Below the pieces are notes generated by a model. It searched no databases, had not been told where the DNA came from, and saw nothing but the letters and a program-made list of their open reading frames with translations. A program made the translations under genes and the position numbers. A DNA stretch of 64,000 bases, taken from Intoshia linei (taxonomy: Eukaryota; Animalia; Orthonectida). Within the stretch, counting starts at the first letter, position 1; the number at the start of each line of letters is the position of its first letter. Location of the stretch: assembly GCA_001642005.1 (NCBI GenBank), contig LWCA01000027.1, forward strand, positions 12,682-76,681, read 5' to 3'. Below, in pieces: positions 1 through 13,100 of the stretch.

Positions 1-660
1 CCCAATTGTCTTTCAAACCCGTTTTTAAATTCAAATACGCCCTAGAATGATAAAAAATACCCCTTCTAATAAAAAGTTTTAAATTCATCAGTTTTATAAT
101 AATTTTCAATTTCAAAATCTTATTTTATGGCCAAAACCTAAAATTACTCATTTTTGTGAAAATTAAGAAAGTCCTAGAATTTTATACAACATAATTCTGG
201 AATGGTTTTTAAATTCATAAGCATTATCATACATGGTAACTTCAAAAAAGGTAATTTTCACGGTCAAAAACTCAGATTGCGCTTTTTTTAAAAATGAACA
301 CAGCCCTAGAATTTAAAAAAATTACGTATAATACAATTATATCCAGTTAACACACATAAAAATTTTAATTATAAATAAAAGTTACGCCTTCATGGTTAAA
401 AAAGTACTTTAGTATTTATTTTTTTAATATAATTTTATTAACAACAAAAAAATTTGAAATAATTAACAGTCGTACAATTAAAAAAAAAAAATTATTCAGA
501 GACACATTATTCAAGTTGATATAAATACAAAATTTCAACCCCAGAAATCTATGCATTCCCGGTAAAAACTAATTTTTAATATATTATCAACCAATATTTT
601 TCAAATGTTGGATTAACATTAAAAATGAAAAAATAAAATAATCATTCTACAATTTTAAAA
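1..660 (+). mobile_element. Helitron-like non-autonomous repeat family, copy cut by the window edge, with ~130-bp degenerate internal tandem units
   Basis: Shares long blocks (cagttaacacacataaaaatttt; ttgatataaatacaaaatttcaaccccagaaatctatgcattc) with 7250-7790, 47290-47964 (-) and 55945-56721. The motif cctagaat recurs near 41, 172 and 304. Confidence 0.7.
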
Positions 661-1020
661 AATAATGTGCATTGAACGTCTACAAATTTCCAATAAATGA
701 ATATGGGTGGAAATCTATATAATTGATTCCTTCGGTTTTTTTCATTGCTACGCAATTTTTTATTTTCAAATAATTTTAGTCTAAAACTACAACTTAGTTA
801 TAATAATTTTTATATTTATTACAATGCTTTGTAATTTTGGTAAAATTCATCTGAAATGTATATCATCAGTGATGATACATCACAGTTAAAATGACCAAAT
901 CTGCATTTACAATTTTATTTTTTTTGGAATTTAAGCTATTTATAACAATTTTTAGAATTGTACTATTTTTACTTTATTTTAAGGTTATACAGTGTATAAT
1001 ATACACTCTATACTCTATAC

Positions 1021-1185
1021 CAGGGTGTCAATTATGCGTGCCTCGGCTCATTTTTATTAATACACATCATATTTCATTTTATGAATTAAAATTATTATAA
1101 ATTAATTAAATCTGTTAGTTTTAACATAATTTTTTGAGTAAAGATTTTTATTGTGCGGCCCAACAAATTGAGTCTGACATTCCTG
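1021..1185. mobile_element. hAT-family MITE
   Basis: Imperfect TIRs cagggtgtca...tgacattcctg. Identical 8-bp TSD ctctatac at 1013-1020 and 1186-1193. Confidence 0.8.
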
Positions 1186-1326
1186 CTCTATACATTCTGT
1201 CAAATAAATAATTTGAAATTAATAATAAATCCGTATGAAACGTCTTAGAACAATATGCTAAATTCATTAATATGTTTTTTATTAAAATTTAGAATTAATT
1301 TTCATTATTTAATTCAACGTCATTAT

Positions 1327-4300
1327 ATGAAAGAAAACAAATCGGAAGACTCAAACATTACCTTTTCAAGTGAACTGAATGTTGAAAACCCAGAAATAAT
1401 TATCGATAATTCAATAAAATCAGTTTTAGTTTTGGGTTCAGGAGGTTTAATTATAGGGCAGGCGGGTGAATTCGATTACAGTGGTTCACAGGCTTTGCTA
1501 GCCTTAAAAGACCTTGGCGTATACACAATTTTGATTAATCCAAACATTGCAACAGTTCAAACAACCAGCCATATAGCTAATGAAATTTACAGTCTTCCAT
1601 TAACAATGGAATATATTGGAGAGGTATTTGTCCAATTTGTATAATTTTACTTATATAAATGTAGGTTATCAAGGAAAAAAGGCCTGATGGGATTTTAATC
1701 AGTTTCGGAGGACAAACGGCATTGAATTGTGGAATACAACTACAAGAATGTGGAATTTTGGAAAAATATTATGTAAAAATTTTGGGTACGCAATTATCTT
1801 CAATTATAAATTCGGAAGACCGAACCGTTTTCAGTCAAAAAATGTTGGATATTGGTGAAAACGTTCCAACTTGTAGAACCATCAGTTCTTTTGATAATGC
1901 TAAACAAATCGCTAGCGAATTGGGCTATCCAGTAATGATTAGAAGTGATTATACTCTTGGAGGATTAGGTTCTGGGTTCGCGTATAACGTGGAGGAACTA
2001 TGTTCGCAAGCAAATATTGCTTTACAGTATTCTGATAAAATTCAAATTGTAAAATCTTTAATTGGTTGGAGAGAAATTGAATACGAAGTTATTCGGGATG
2101 TATTTGGTAATTGTGTGGTAATATGTAATATGGAAAACTTTGATCCAGTCGGAGTTCACACTGGAGAATCGGTAGTGGTTGCGCCAAGTCAAACCATCAC
2201 AAGTGAAGAATATCATACTTTACGAGAAACTTCGATAAAAATTGCTAATTACATGTCAATTGTTGGAGAGTGTAATGTTCAATATGCGATGGATCCAAAT
2301 TCGGCGAAATACTATGTTATTGAAATGAATGCCAGATTATCTCGTAGTTCCGCTCTAGCGAGTAAAGCTACTGGTTACCCTATAGCCTACATTGCAGCAG
2401 TTTTATCGTTAAATGCATCTTTACCTAGTATAAGAAATAAGCTCACGCTCAACAAAACAACCGCCAATTTTGAACCTAGTTTGGATTATTGTGTTGTTAA
2501 ATTACCCAGATGGGACATGGACAAGTTTTCTAGAGTTTCGTACAATATTGGCACGGTAATGAAAAGTGTAGGAGAGGTTATGGCTATTGATAGATCATTT
2601 GAATCAGCATTTCAAAAGGCAATTAGAATGTGTGATACTAATATTTTAGGTTTCGATCCACTATATTTCAAACTAGAAAACGATCAGGATTTACAAATTC
2701 CTAGTAGTGTGCGTATATTTTACATTGCTTCGGCTTTTTATTGCGGCTATACTGTAGACAAGGTGCATTTATTGACAAACATTAACAAGTGGTTTTTGGA
2801 AAAACTTTTGGGTATAATTAATCATTACAAAGTTTTGGAAAAACTTGGATGTGTAGAGAATCCTTCGCTGTTAATAAAATCTAAATTATTAGGATTTTCG
2901 GACCGATTTATAGCGCGAATTATAAAAAATAATGAAGCGACCATTCAAATGACTCGAATAAATTTAAATATCTTCCCTGTGGTACGTAAAATCGACACGG
3001 TGGCAGGCGAATGGCCGGCACCATCTAATTATTTGTATCTTACTTACTGCTATTCTGTAGCTCTCGATCTAAACAAGTCTGTTAGTGACACAATTTGTGA
3101 CAATGAAAATGATATTCATGATGTTAATTTTGATACAGACGTCGAAAGCATTTTGGTCTTGGGTTCAGGTGTTTATAGAATCGGTAGTAGTGTCGAATTT
3201 GACTGGTGCGCGGTTTCATGTGTCAACAAACTACGGCAGATGAAGTTTAAAACAATTATGATTAACTATAACCCCGAGACAGTTTCAACCGATTACAATA
3301 TTTGTGATAGACTCTATTTCGAGGAAGTTTCTTTTGAAACTGTGTGTGAAGTGTATCGTTTAGAAAACCCTAACGGTATAATAATAAGTATGGGAGGACA
3401 ATTGCCAAACAATATAGCTGTTGACTTGTTTAGAAAAGGTCTGCATATATTGGGAACATCAGTAGATAGCATTGACATAGCAGAAAATAGATTCATGTTT
3501 TCCCGTATGCTTGATGAAATTGGAATAAAACAACCTCAATGGAAAGAATTGACTAGTATCGAATCAATCAAGGAATTTGCCACTAACGTTGGGTATCCAG
3601 TTTTGGTTAGACCATCCTATGTCCTCAGTGGCGCAGCTATGAATGTCGTGCATTGTGAAGATGATATTGATAATTTTTTGCATGTTGCAACCAAATTATC
3701 TCCTCGACACCCGGTAGTCATATCAAAGTATTTTCAAGACGCCAAAGAGATTGATATTGACGTGGTGGCTCTATCTGGCAAAATTTTGTCGTATGCTATA
3801 TCGGAACACATTGAACAGGCTGGCATTCATTCCGGCGATGCAAGTTTTGTAACCCCACCTCAAAGATTAAATAAATTGACCCTTGAAAACATTAAAGAAA
3901 TAACTGACAAAATTGTCAAGAAATTTAATATATGCGGTCCATTCAACATGCAACTGATAGCTAAAAACAATCAATTGTATGTTATTGAATGTAATTTACG
4001 TGCCTCTCGGTCTTTTCCATTTATATCAAAAGTGTATAATAATGATTTTGTTTCATTGGCCACGGAAGCCATAGTCTATCCTTTGCGACACAAGAAGGAG
4101 GAACCAAAAAAACAGAACCTGGACAATTGGCAAAGAGTTGGAATCAAAGTTCCAGTTTTTTCTTATGCTAGACTTACGGGATCTGATATATTTAAAGGCG
4201 TTGAAATGAATAGTACTGGAGAAGTTGCCACCTTCTCTGATGATGTTCATAAAGCCTATTTGAAATCTTTATTGGCTGCAGGAATTCATTTACCAAAGAA

Positions 4301-7300
4301 AAACATTTTTGTATCTATCGGGTCTTATAAAAATAAAATAAAATTAATCAATTCCATGAAAAGGTTCAAAAAACTGGGTTTCAAGTTGCATGCAAGTTTC
4401 GGAACAGCTGATTTTTACATACAGAATAATATTGACATGAAATCAATAGAATGGCCGCATTGTCCACATAAAACTATAAATAAATCTGGAGAAATATATA
4501 CCAATACAATGGACATTTTAAAATTGATTAACGAAAATAATATAGACTTTATTCTAAATATACCAACTCGTGACGGGTCCCACAGAGCTTCTTCATTCTT
4601 ACTTACACCTGGCTATAAAATGAGACAATTGGCTATTGAAAGACATATTCCAGTTTTTACGGATGTTAGAAATATACAAATGCTATCGAAATCCCTTTAT
4701 ATGCTCAACAACGAATTGATACCTTCTATTTCATCGATTGACATGATACATAGTACCACTGTTGTACAACTTCCTGGATTAATTGACATTCACGTGCACG
4801 TTAGGGAACCTGGTGGAACACACAAAGAGGATTTCACCACTGCTACTGCGTCAGCCATTTGTGGCGGTATCACCACCATACTTGCAATGCCGAATACCAT
4901 TCCCTCACTCGTGGACGAGTCTACCCTTATTTTGGTTGAAACGTGCGCTAAAGACAAAGCAATGTGTGATTACGGTCTGTATTTCGGAGCTTCTGAAAAA
5001 AACACAAATTTTTTTACTTCTGAGGCGAGTACAAACGTCATTTCCAATTTAATTGCCATGAAAATGTACCTTAACGATACATATTCGACCTTGAAAATGA
5101 ACAATATTGCTGATTGGGTTTCTCATATACAAAATTTACCTCAAGGAATGCCACTATGTGTTCATGCAGAAGGACAAACTATGCCGGCGATTGTTTTAAT
5201 TGCTCATTTGTATAAAAAACCAATTCATATTTGTCACGTTTCGACCAAGGAACAAATAGAACTAATAAAAAAATTAAAACTAGACAATTACAATATAACA
5301 TGTGAAGTCTGTCCGCATCATTTAATTAAACCTCCAAATTGTGATTCGTCTTTTTTATCCGTTAAACCTCCTCTCAATTCAGACGAAGATGTCGTTGCTC
5401 TATGGGAAAATTTAGAATATATTGATTGTTTTGCCTCAGACCACGCGCCCCATGTTAAAAATGAAAAGGAAAAAATGAAATGCCCTGGATTTCCGGGAAT
5501 CGAAACAATGTTACCGCTACTGTTGACAAAAGTAAACCAATCCAATGGAAAATTCAAACTAGAAGATATTGTAGAAAGAATGTACACAAACCCCAAAAAA
5601 ATTTTCAATTTACCAGATCAAAATGACACTTATATCGAAGTGGACATGTCTGAAGAATGGACGATTGATGCAGCCAATTTACAAAGCAAATGTAAATGGA
5701 CTCCTTACCAGGGAATGCATGTTATTGGTAAATTGAAAAAGGTCGTTTTGCGGAAATCTATTGTTTATACTAATGGAAAGTTGTTGGCTACTCAAGGCAT
5801 GGGCAAACAAATAAAAACTCTTAAATGTACAAAGAAAACAGATACATATACTGATACACAAGTTAATAAATCCGTTATATCAAACCTTACACCAATTTCG
5901 GAGGTGGTTTCAGAAATTAGAGATGCAGAAACTTCTTTAACGGATGATATTCACAATAATCATTTGTCGTATTCTCACTTTTTGACTGTTAAATCGATTG
6001 AAAAGAAAACTATGTACGACTTGTTCAATTTAGCTGATAAATATAGACTTTCATCGTTTGAAGAATTGAAAAATTTACCAAATTTAAATAAAATGATTCT
6101 TGGTCTCATCTTTTTCGAATCTAGTACGAGAACCAAAAACTCATTTGCTAGTGCAATGCTTAAATTGGGTGGTTCAGTTCTTAATTATGAAGACGGTGTG
6201 TCTTCAAGAAATAAGGGAGAATCTTATGAAGGTATTGTTCATATTATTACACATTTCTAATTATCGGGTTTTGTTTATTATTATTTTTTGTTCAGGGGTC
6301 CTCAAACGTTCAAATTTTACTCGGACCGCTTAAATTTTGATTTCCAAGGAATGTTGATGCACTATTATAAATACTTATTACACCGTTTTCCAAATTTCGG
6401 TATGTGAAATAATTTTGAAAATTTTTTTATTAATTAAAAGTCAATTTATTACCGGTTCGCCGTGAAAAAAGTGTTGGAACCTCGATCTTATTATTTACTT
6501 ATATTACTTTTTTGCGTTATTAGTTAAATATCAACTTTTCATAAGGATGGTTAAATAATTAGTGGGCCGTGGGTATGAATTTTATAACCAATGTTCTATT
6601 TTGGAATGTTGAGATTTGAATTCTTTTTTGTATGGAAGAAAAATTAAAAATTTTCATACTTTGGTCCGGTTAATTATAAAATGTATTACTTTTAGAATAA
6701 AATATCGCAATATAGCGGATTGGCGAATTTTAGAGAAAACTGCATTTTAAATTATTTTTTAGATACCTTTAATACTATGAAATGTTATTGTGATATATTG
6801 GTTGTAAGGCACCCTACCAAAGGATTCTTGTCAAAAATATCAAAAAATTGCAATACTCCGATAATTAATGCTGGAGATGGAATTGGAGAACATCCAACAC
6901 AGGCTTTAATTGACATTTTTACTATAAGACATGAAATTGGAACTTTGAATGGATTAATAGTATGTATTTGTTATTCATTAAAGATTATGAATAATATTAG
7001 TACATGTTCTCAAATTTACAGTTTTTTGAAAATGGTTTATAGTTAATGTTTGAATAAGTAATGGAGAGTAATTTTACTTGAAACAGGGCGAAAATTTTTT
7101 TATCAGGAGTAAACATTTAATACTAACATACTAATATATTTATTATAACAAATGCCCAAATTAACATATTGGATTTAATTAAGTATAAATCACATGTTCA
7201 CTGAATATTATTTAGTTATACTATTTTAGATGTTGTATAAAATCACCATTCTTACTTATATATGTTTTGTTTGTCTGTGTTATCGTTTATTTCAATAATA

Positions 7301-9076
7301 ATAATTAATTAATAATTTTCTATAACTACTAGTCTTAGAATTTTATAAAGTCCACATTTCAATTACAGTTTTTTTGGGACGTATAATAAGATAAATTTCA
7401 ACCTCCCAAACTCACATCTTACGGGTCAAACCCTGTTGTCTCTCTTTTTGAAGAGCAAACGAGTTGGAGAATTTAAAAAAATATAACCCAATTGTCCCTC
7501 TTTTTAAAAATCAAACGAGTTGGAGAATTTAAAAAAATATATGGGCTGATACGGATTTTAACATCATAAACATTATCATAAAATTAAAAAAATATCTTCA
7601 GGGCCAAAACCCCAAATTACCCTTCTTTTTTTAATTGGAAACTGCCCTAGAATTTAAAAAAATTTACAGGTGGTAGTTGTATCCTGTTAACACACACAAA
7701 AATTTTCAATCTGAATAAGTGACGCCTTCACGGTCAAAAAAGTAATTTAGTATTTATATTTTTTTTTTCCGATATATTTTATCAAAACAATTATTATTAT
7801 TTGATACAGAATTTTTCCTAACGCTTTTCAAAATTGTATCTATGAGTTAAGGCTAATGATATAGTAGTTTTCTTCAATTTTTGGGGAAGGTTTCTCTAAA
7901 ATATTAGTTTAATTATTTTTTGATGTTTTATTTAAGAATATCCAAATTTTTAATTAAATTGAAGTGTCAAATGTTACTGACACTCATACTAAATATATGT
8001 AATAACCTGTGATAAAAAACCTTTTTTTGAGTAAACAAAAAATAGCCCACAGGTGAAAGATGAAAAATTTTGTGTATGTGACAAATATCTATAAGAAAAT
8101 ATTTGAAATCAAAAAAAAACCAGTCTTTTTCCCTAATTGTCATTTAAAAAATGAAAATACAGTCAAAATTCATACTATATTTAAAATTGAAGCTTATTAA
8201 ATTTCACAATTCGTATTTAATTTTTTTTTATCAGATAAAAGTTTAAACTTTAAAATAAAGTAAAAAAATAAGAATATAAATAAATAATTTTACAATAGGT
8301 AATTCTTTAGTTTAATCTTATGTAAAGGTTATTGTAAATATCTAATCAAAATTCCCAAAATTTGAAATGATTTATTTTTTTATTGGACATTATAGACACC
8401 CTTTCCGAAAATTGATTCGTGCAAGGGCTTAAATCAAAACAGATAAAATTATTTTTGATTAGAACTTTGTTATTATAATATAATTTTATGTAATAACATA
8501 ATTTAGATTACATTAATGGGAGATTTAGCAAATGGACGAACTATTCATTCACTAATTAAACTTCTTTGTAACCACCGAATCACCTTGAGATATGTTTATA
8601 ATGATGGGTTTGGTATTTCGGGAGAATTGTGGAATTATGTAAACAAGAGAAATATAGAACAGGTACCAATAAAAATATTTTTAGATTGTATATATTTATT
8701 CATTTAGAAACGTTTTAGAACAGTAGAAGAAGCTATCGTCGATTGCGATGTACTTTACTGTACACGAATTCAAAAAGAAAGGTTTTCTGCGAATGAAACT
8801 AAAACACGGGTTTATTACGAAAGCAGTGATTTTGAAGTTTTAATAGTTAAAAAAATAATAATACTTTATTAGATGGAACCAAAATTTGTTGTTACCCCTA
8901 CAGTAATGTATATGGCTAAAACGAAAATGATTGTGATGCACCCTCTACCAAGATGTGATGAGATTGACAAACGTATAGACAATGATCCTAGAGCAGCTTA
9001 CTTCAGACAGGTCGAATACGGTCTTTATGTGCGTATGGCTCTTCTCGTATATATACTAGCCTCTGATGTACAATAA
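1327..9076 (+). CDS. CAD: CAD multifunctional pyrimidine biosynthesis protein (CPS-DHOase-ATCase); probably 5'-partial, no glutaminase domain in the window
   Basis: CPS motifs [59 protein letters not shown] motifs [32 protein letters not shown] motifs [28 protein letters not shown]. Exons ~1293/1327-1623, 1665-6231, 6763-6959, 8507-8662, 8708-~8836, 8873-9076, joined in frame by GT-AG introns. Confidence 0.97.
7250..7790 (+). mobile_element. Helitron-like repeat family copy (5' part) in a CAD intron
   Basis: Starts tcttacttatatatgttttgtttgtctgtg. Near-identical to 55945-56360 and to the reverse complement of 47560-47964. Confidence 0.75.
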
Positions 9077-9097
9077 GAAATTTATTGAATTTAGTAT

Positions 9098-10058
9098 TTA
9101 CAACGAATTGTTACTTTTGTACTAAATATATCAGATTTATATTTACATTTTTTACCTTTAATTCTTTGCATTTCTTTGTAATTATTGTTAGATCGGATCG
9201 TGTCTCTTCCAATTTATTTTTGGATGTTTTCAATAGTAAGCACTAATGTTAATAACAATATAAGTACAAAATTCCAAATATATGAAAAACCAAAAAAATT
9301 AAATAGGGTTTATGTTTCCTATTTGAATCTGTTCAAAAAATAAGTGATACCAAGCGATGTATATTGTTATTCAACAAAAATGCCTCCATGTCGCCATTTA
9401 GATTTTTTAAAGATTTTAAACAATTTAATTGATTTTCTCTAGAATATTTTTTTAATAAAATACAAAATATGCAATTAAACCAGCGGTTATCATTTTAACC
9501 AAAATTTAGTAAATTTAGATGCTGTTACCCTTTATTAAAATTCAACTCGGATTGATAAAAACTGTCTTTAATGACCAGTAAAGAGACTATTCTCTCACTA
9601 GTCAGTTAATATTGGGATTGACTTAATTTTCCCAAAATAGGCATGTGGTAAGTTTATACAACATAATTTCCATACCTTGGTCCCATTTGTTTATAGAACT
9701 AACTTTACCAAAAAAAGTAGGGATATAGAGGATTGGAGAGCTACAAACTGGTTTACTGTAGATTACAATGTACAGAGAAACTACCACAAAATTAAATGTA
9801 ATTTTTTAAAGTTAATTTTGAAAATATTATATCAATTAAAAAACTCGACCAATTTTTAACCACAGATTTACTTTTGCATGCGAATTTGTACAAAATTTAC
9901 TGTATGCGATCAATATAATCTTTGTTTTTCAATAAAACATCAAAAAAGGTATTTAGTAGTGTTACACCCGTATCCGTGGAAGTATTCTGGGAAATGCAAG
10001 TATCGAATTTATCACTAGATTCCGTAATATCAGTAGAGCTTTCTTTAGTTTCTTTCAT
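9098..10058 (-). CDS. Multi-exon orphan protein (~190-200 aa) with a C-terminal coiled-coil-like segment; absent from the ORF track
   Basis: ATG at 10058 opens MKETKESSTDITESSDKFDTCISQ...LLKNKDYIDRI. Later open exons ERIVSLLVIKDSFYQSELNFNKG, ENQLNCLKSLKNLNGDMEAFLLNNNIHRL, CLLLKTSKNKLEETRSDLTIITKKCKELK and YKSNNSL* are linked by short GT-AG introns. Middle exons (9650-9870) are ambiguous. Confidence 0.6.
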
Positions 10059-10129
10059 ATTTTTTTGAATCCTTGCGAGTTACAAGTTCAAATACAAACA
10101 CTAGTAAATAAATTTGAATTGAAATTAAA

Positions 10130-13100
10130 ATGTTTCGAATACCCAACAGTAGCATTCTCAAATATTTTCCTGGTCATATGGCCAAAGGTTAAATAAGATA
10201 AATGTAATTTCAAAATTTCAATACTAGGTTTACGTATCATCAAAAATAAGGTTTCATCTGTCGATTGTATTATAGAAATAAGAGACGCCAGAGTATTTTT
10301 CTAAATTTGTATTTATCATTTATATAAATAATGCTTATTATACAACAGATACCCTTTTCTAGTCATTCCTCAAAATTAGCACAGTTTACATCAAAAAAAC
10401 CTTATGTACTGATATTGAATAAGTCTGATCTTATTTCTACCAAAGACATGAAGAATATAGAGAAAAGGTTGAAAAATAATGGACTCGATAATTATATATT
10501 TACGAGTTGTATTGATAATCACAAAAAAGTCGTTGAAAATATAATTGACAAAGTTTCCACCACTATCCAAGAAAAATGTTCAATGTTTCAATCTTCAGTA
10601 AACATTTTATCAAAAAAAAATTTTTTTGAGTTTTAAAATTTGATTAGAGATTCACAGAATTCAAAAATATATAAATATCAATTTATTTTAACCCGAATAC
10701 TCTCAGTGTGACCATATATTCACACATTACAATTATAAAAACACGTATCAAATTAAAACAAAGTTAATTAAATATGAAAAAATAAATTAATTAGTATATT
10801 ATATAACATTTGAGTATATTAGTTATGGGTTTTCACCGATTAGCCTCCTGTGTCACTGACAGTGGGCCAAAATGATTTTTCAAAACAAAAAAAAATGAAA
10901 TTTCAAAAAATTGGAAAAATTTGTATGGGAGTATTCGGGTTAAAGGTACTTTTAGAGTTTAAATGTACTGTATATTCTCTCTAGTTCCCAATGTTGGGAT
11001 AGAATAATTTTGGAGTAGTAGAGAATTTGCCAAATTAAGAAATTATAACAATTTTATATTGTTTTTTATTAAATGTTATTAATGGTGAGATAAAAGTGGC
11101 ATTTTTGAAATAATACTGTAGCAATCGTCTAGGGTTTGGGATAAGTTGCCAACATCTGACTATATATATTATATAAGCTGTATATTTCATTAAAAAAGTT
11201 GATAAATTTTTTTTTATATTTTATTTGAATCTCACAAACCCCAGTCATATGGTTTTAGACCCCCAATTGGGAACCACTGATAAAGAGTATAGACGAATTT
11301 TAGACAGAGTAATGTACTCTAAAATCCATTTTGAAATTTTATGTAATCTCTGTCAATTTTAAAGTTGAATTTATATAAATTTATTTTTAATTTTTTTAAA
11401 TAGACCCACAAATTAGGCTTGGTTGTTGGAATGCCCAATGTCGGGAAATCTACATTTATTAATAAACTAAGGCAGATTAAATTAAAAAGAAGTACATTAA
11501 TATCCATACATTTTTAATTATTCATGGTTTAGAAGGAAGGGCTACTCCGGTTGGCATGTTTGCAGGAGTAACCAGGCGTGTAATGGATCGTATTAAAGTA
11601 GTTTTACAGATATTTATATTACAATTACGGTATCTAGGTATGCGATAATCCTTCTTTTTACATGTTAGATACACCAGGAATTTTATCACCTTCCATAGAC
11701 AGCATTGAAGCCGGTATGCGAATAGCTTTATGCGGTAATTATTTTAAAAAATACTGTGTGACATTATTTTTAGTTTAATTATTAAAATGTAGAAGTAATA
11801 TAACCAGTCTTATTCATAAATTTTTGGGTTTCGGTTTTGATATCACTGCAGTGTAGATCAGGGTGGGCGAATCGCCCTTTAGGGGCGATTTTTCTATTTT
11901 ATTTCAGAAAATACATAATCTAAAAATTTTTTTTATTAATAACAAATAATATCTAAAAAGAGTTAATCAATTTTATACTCCCTCCGTTCCTAAATAATGT
12001 TTACATATTATCATGACTTTTTGTTCCAAAATAATGTTTACATTTCCAAACTTTTATATCATCATTAAAAACATTTATAAATACACTAAATGTACTATTG
12101 AAACTAATTTTTACATTTATTATCAAAACTACATTTTATTTAAGATAACTCTTCAATTTTACAAGGTATGCTCATCAATATTTTGCCGAGTCGTAAGGAT
12201 CGCTTCTGGTTTGCAAGCTAGGGATATTGGTAGAGTACCATTGTTGCGAAGCCTTGCTTTGCCGATATGCGGTAACTTATACTAATTTCCTTCTTTCGCA
12301 AGCATCGTCTCCTTTATACATTGCTGAAGCGTTAAAAATATATTGTCCAGCTTATCTGGGTGTAGCTCATTAAAAGCATTACTCACGCAGCTAATCAGTT
12401 TGTCAATGGTCTTCGGAGAATACTGATGTTTAATGGATTGGATGGCGTTGAAAAACCCGAGATCCAATACGTTCATGTCGGGGCTATTAAATGGTTGGTT
12501 TTTAAACACAATGGAAAACCCATGTTTTGATCCCTCTTCCAACATTTCTGGATCATCTTTGTTGAAATGCGGTTTTGCATTGTCTTGTTGAACGTAGATG
12601 ACGCCATTTGTTTTGGGAAAGTTTGCTCTGATCGCAGAAAACACATTTTGCACCACTATTCTTTTAAATTTCAGTGTATTTACCCATTCAACATTTTTTG
12701 TGACGTAAGTACACTTTGTTTGGTTCTTGTTGTTTCTTTTGCCTGCCTATTTATACACAAATGGCCAATCTTTCCATTAAAATAAAGCGTATTAGATCGA
12801 AATCTATCAAAGAAAATAAAACTTAAAGTTCACTAAAACAGTGATAATCGGAAAGGTTTATCCCAAATGTAAACATTATTTTAGAACAGAGGGAGTATAA
12901 TTTTTTAATAAGGTGACCAGTAACCCCACGAGACATACTGCTGTATTTGATAAAATTTTATTTAGGAAGGTGCGGCCTTATTAAATTTTTTGAGACGTTA
13001 GTGCGGCCTTCCAACAGTAAATGCTTCCCCACCTCTGGCTTAAACCCACAAAATCAGCAATAAAAATTAGAATATACATGAATGTAGGAAAATGGAATTT

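Noticed and set aside
3314-6333. Short ORFs antisense or out of frame within CAD (similar ones in TRIM, BMP and ERR)
   Set aside because: Shadow ORFs of long coding exons, with no motifs and mostly non-ATG starts.
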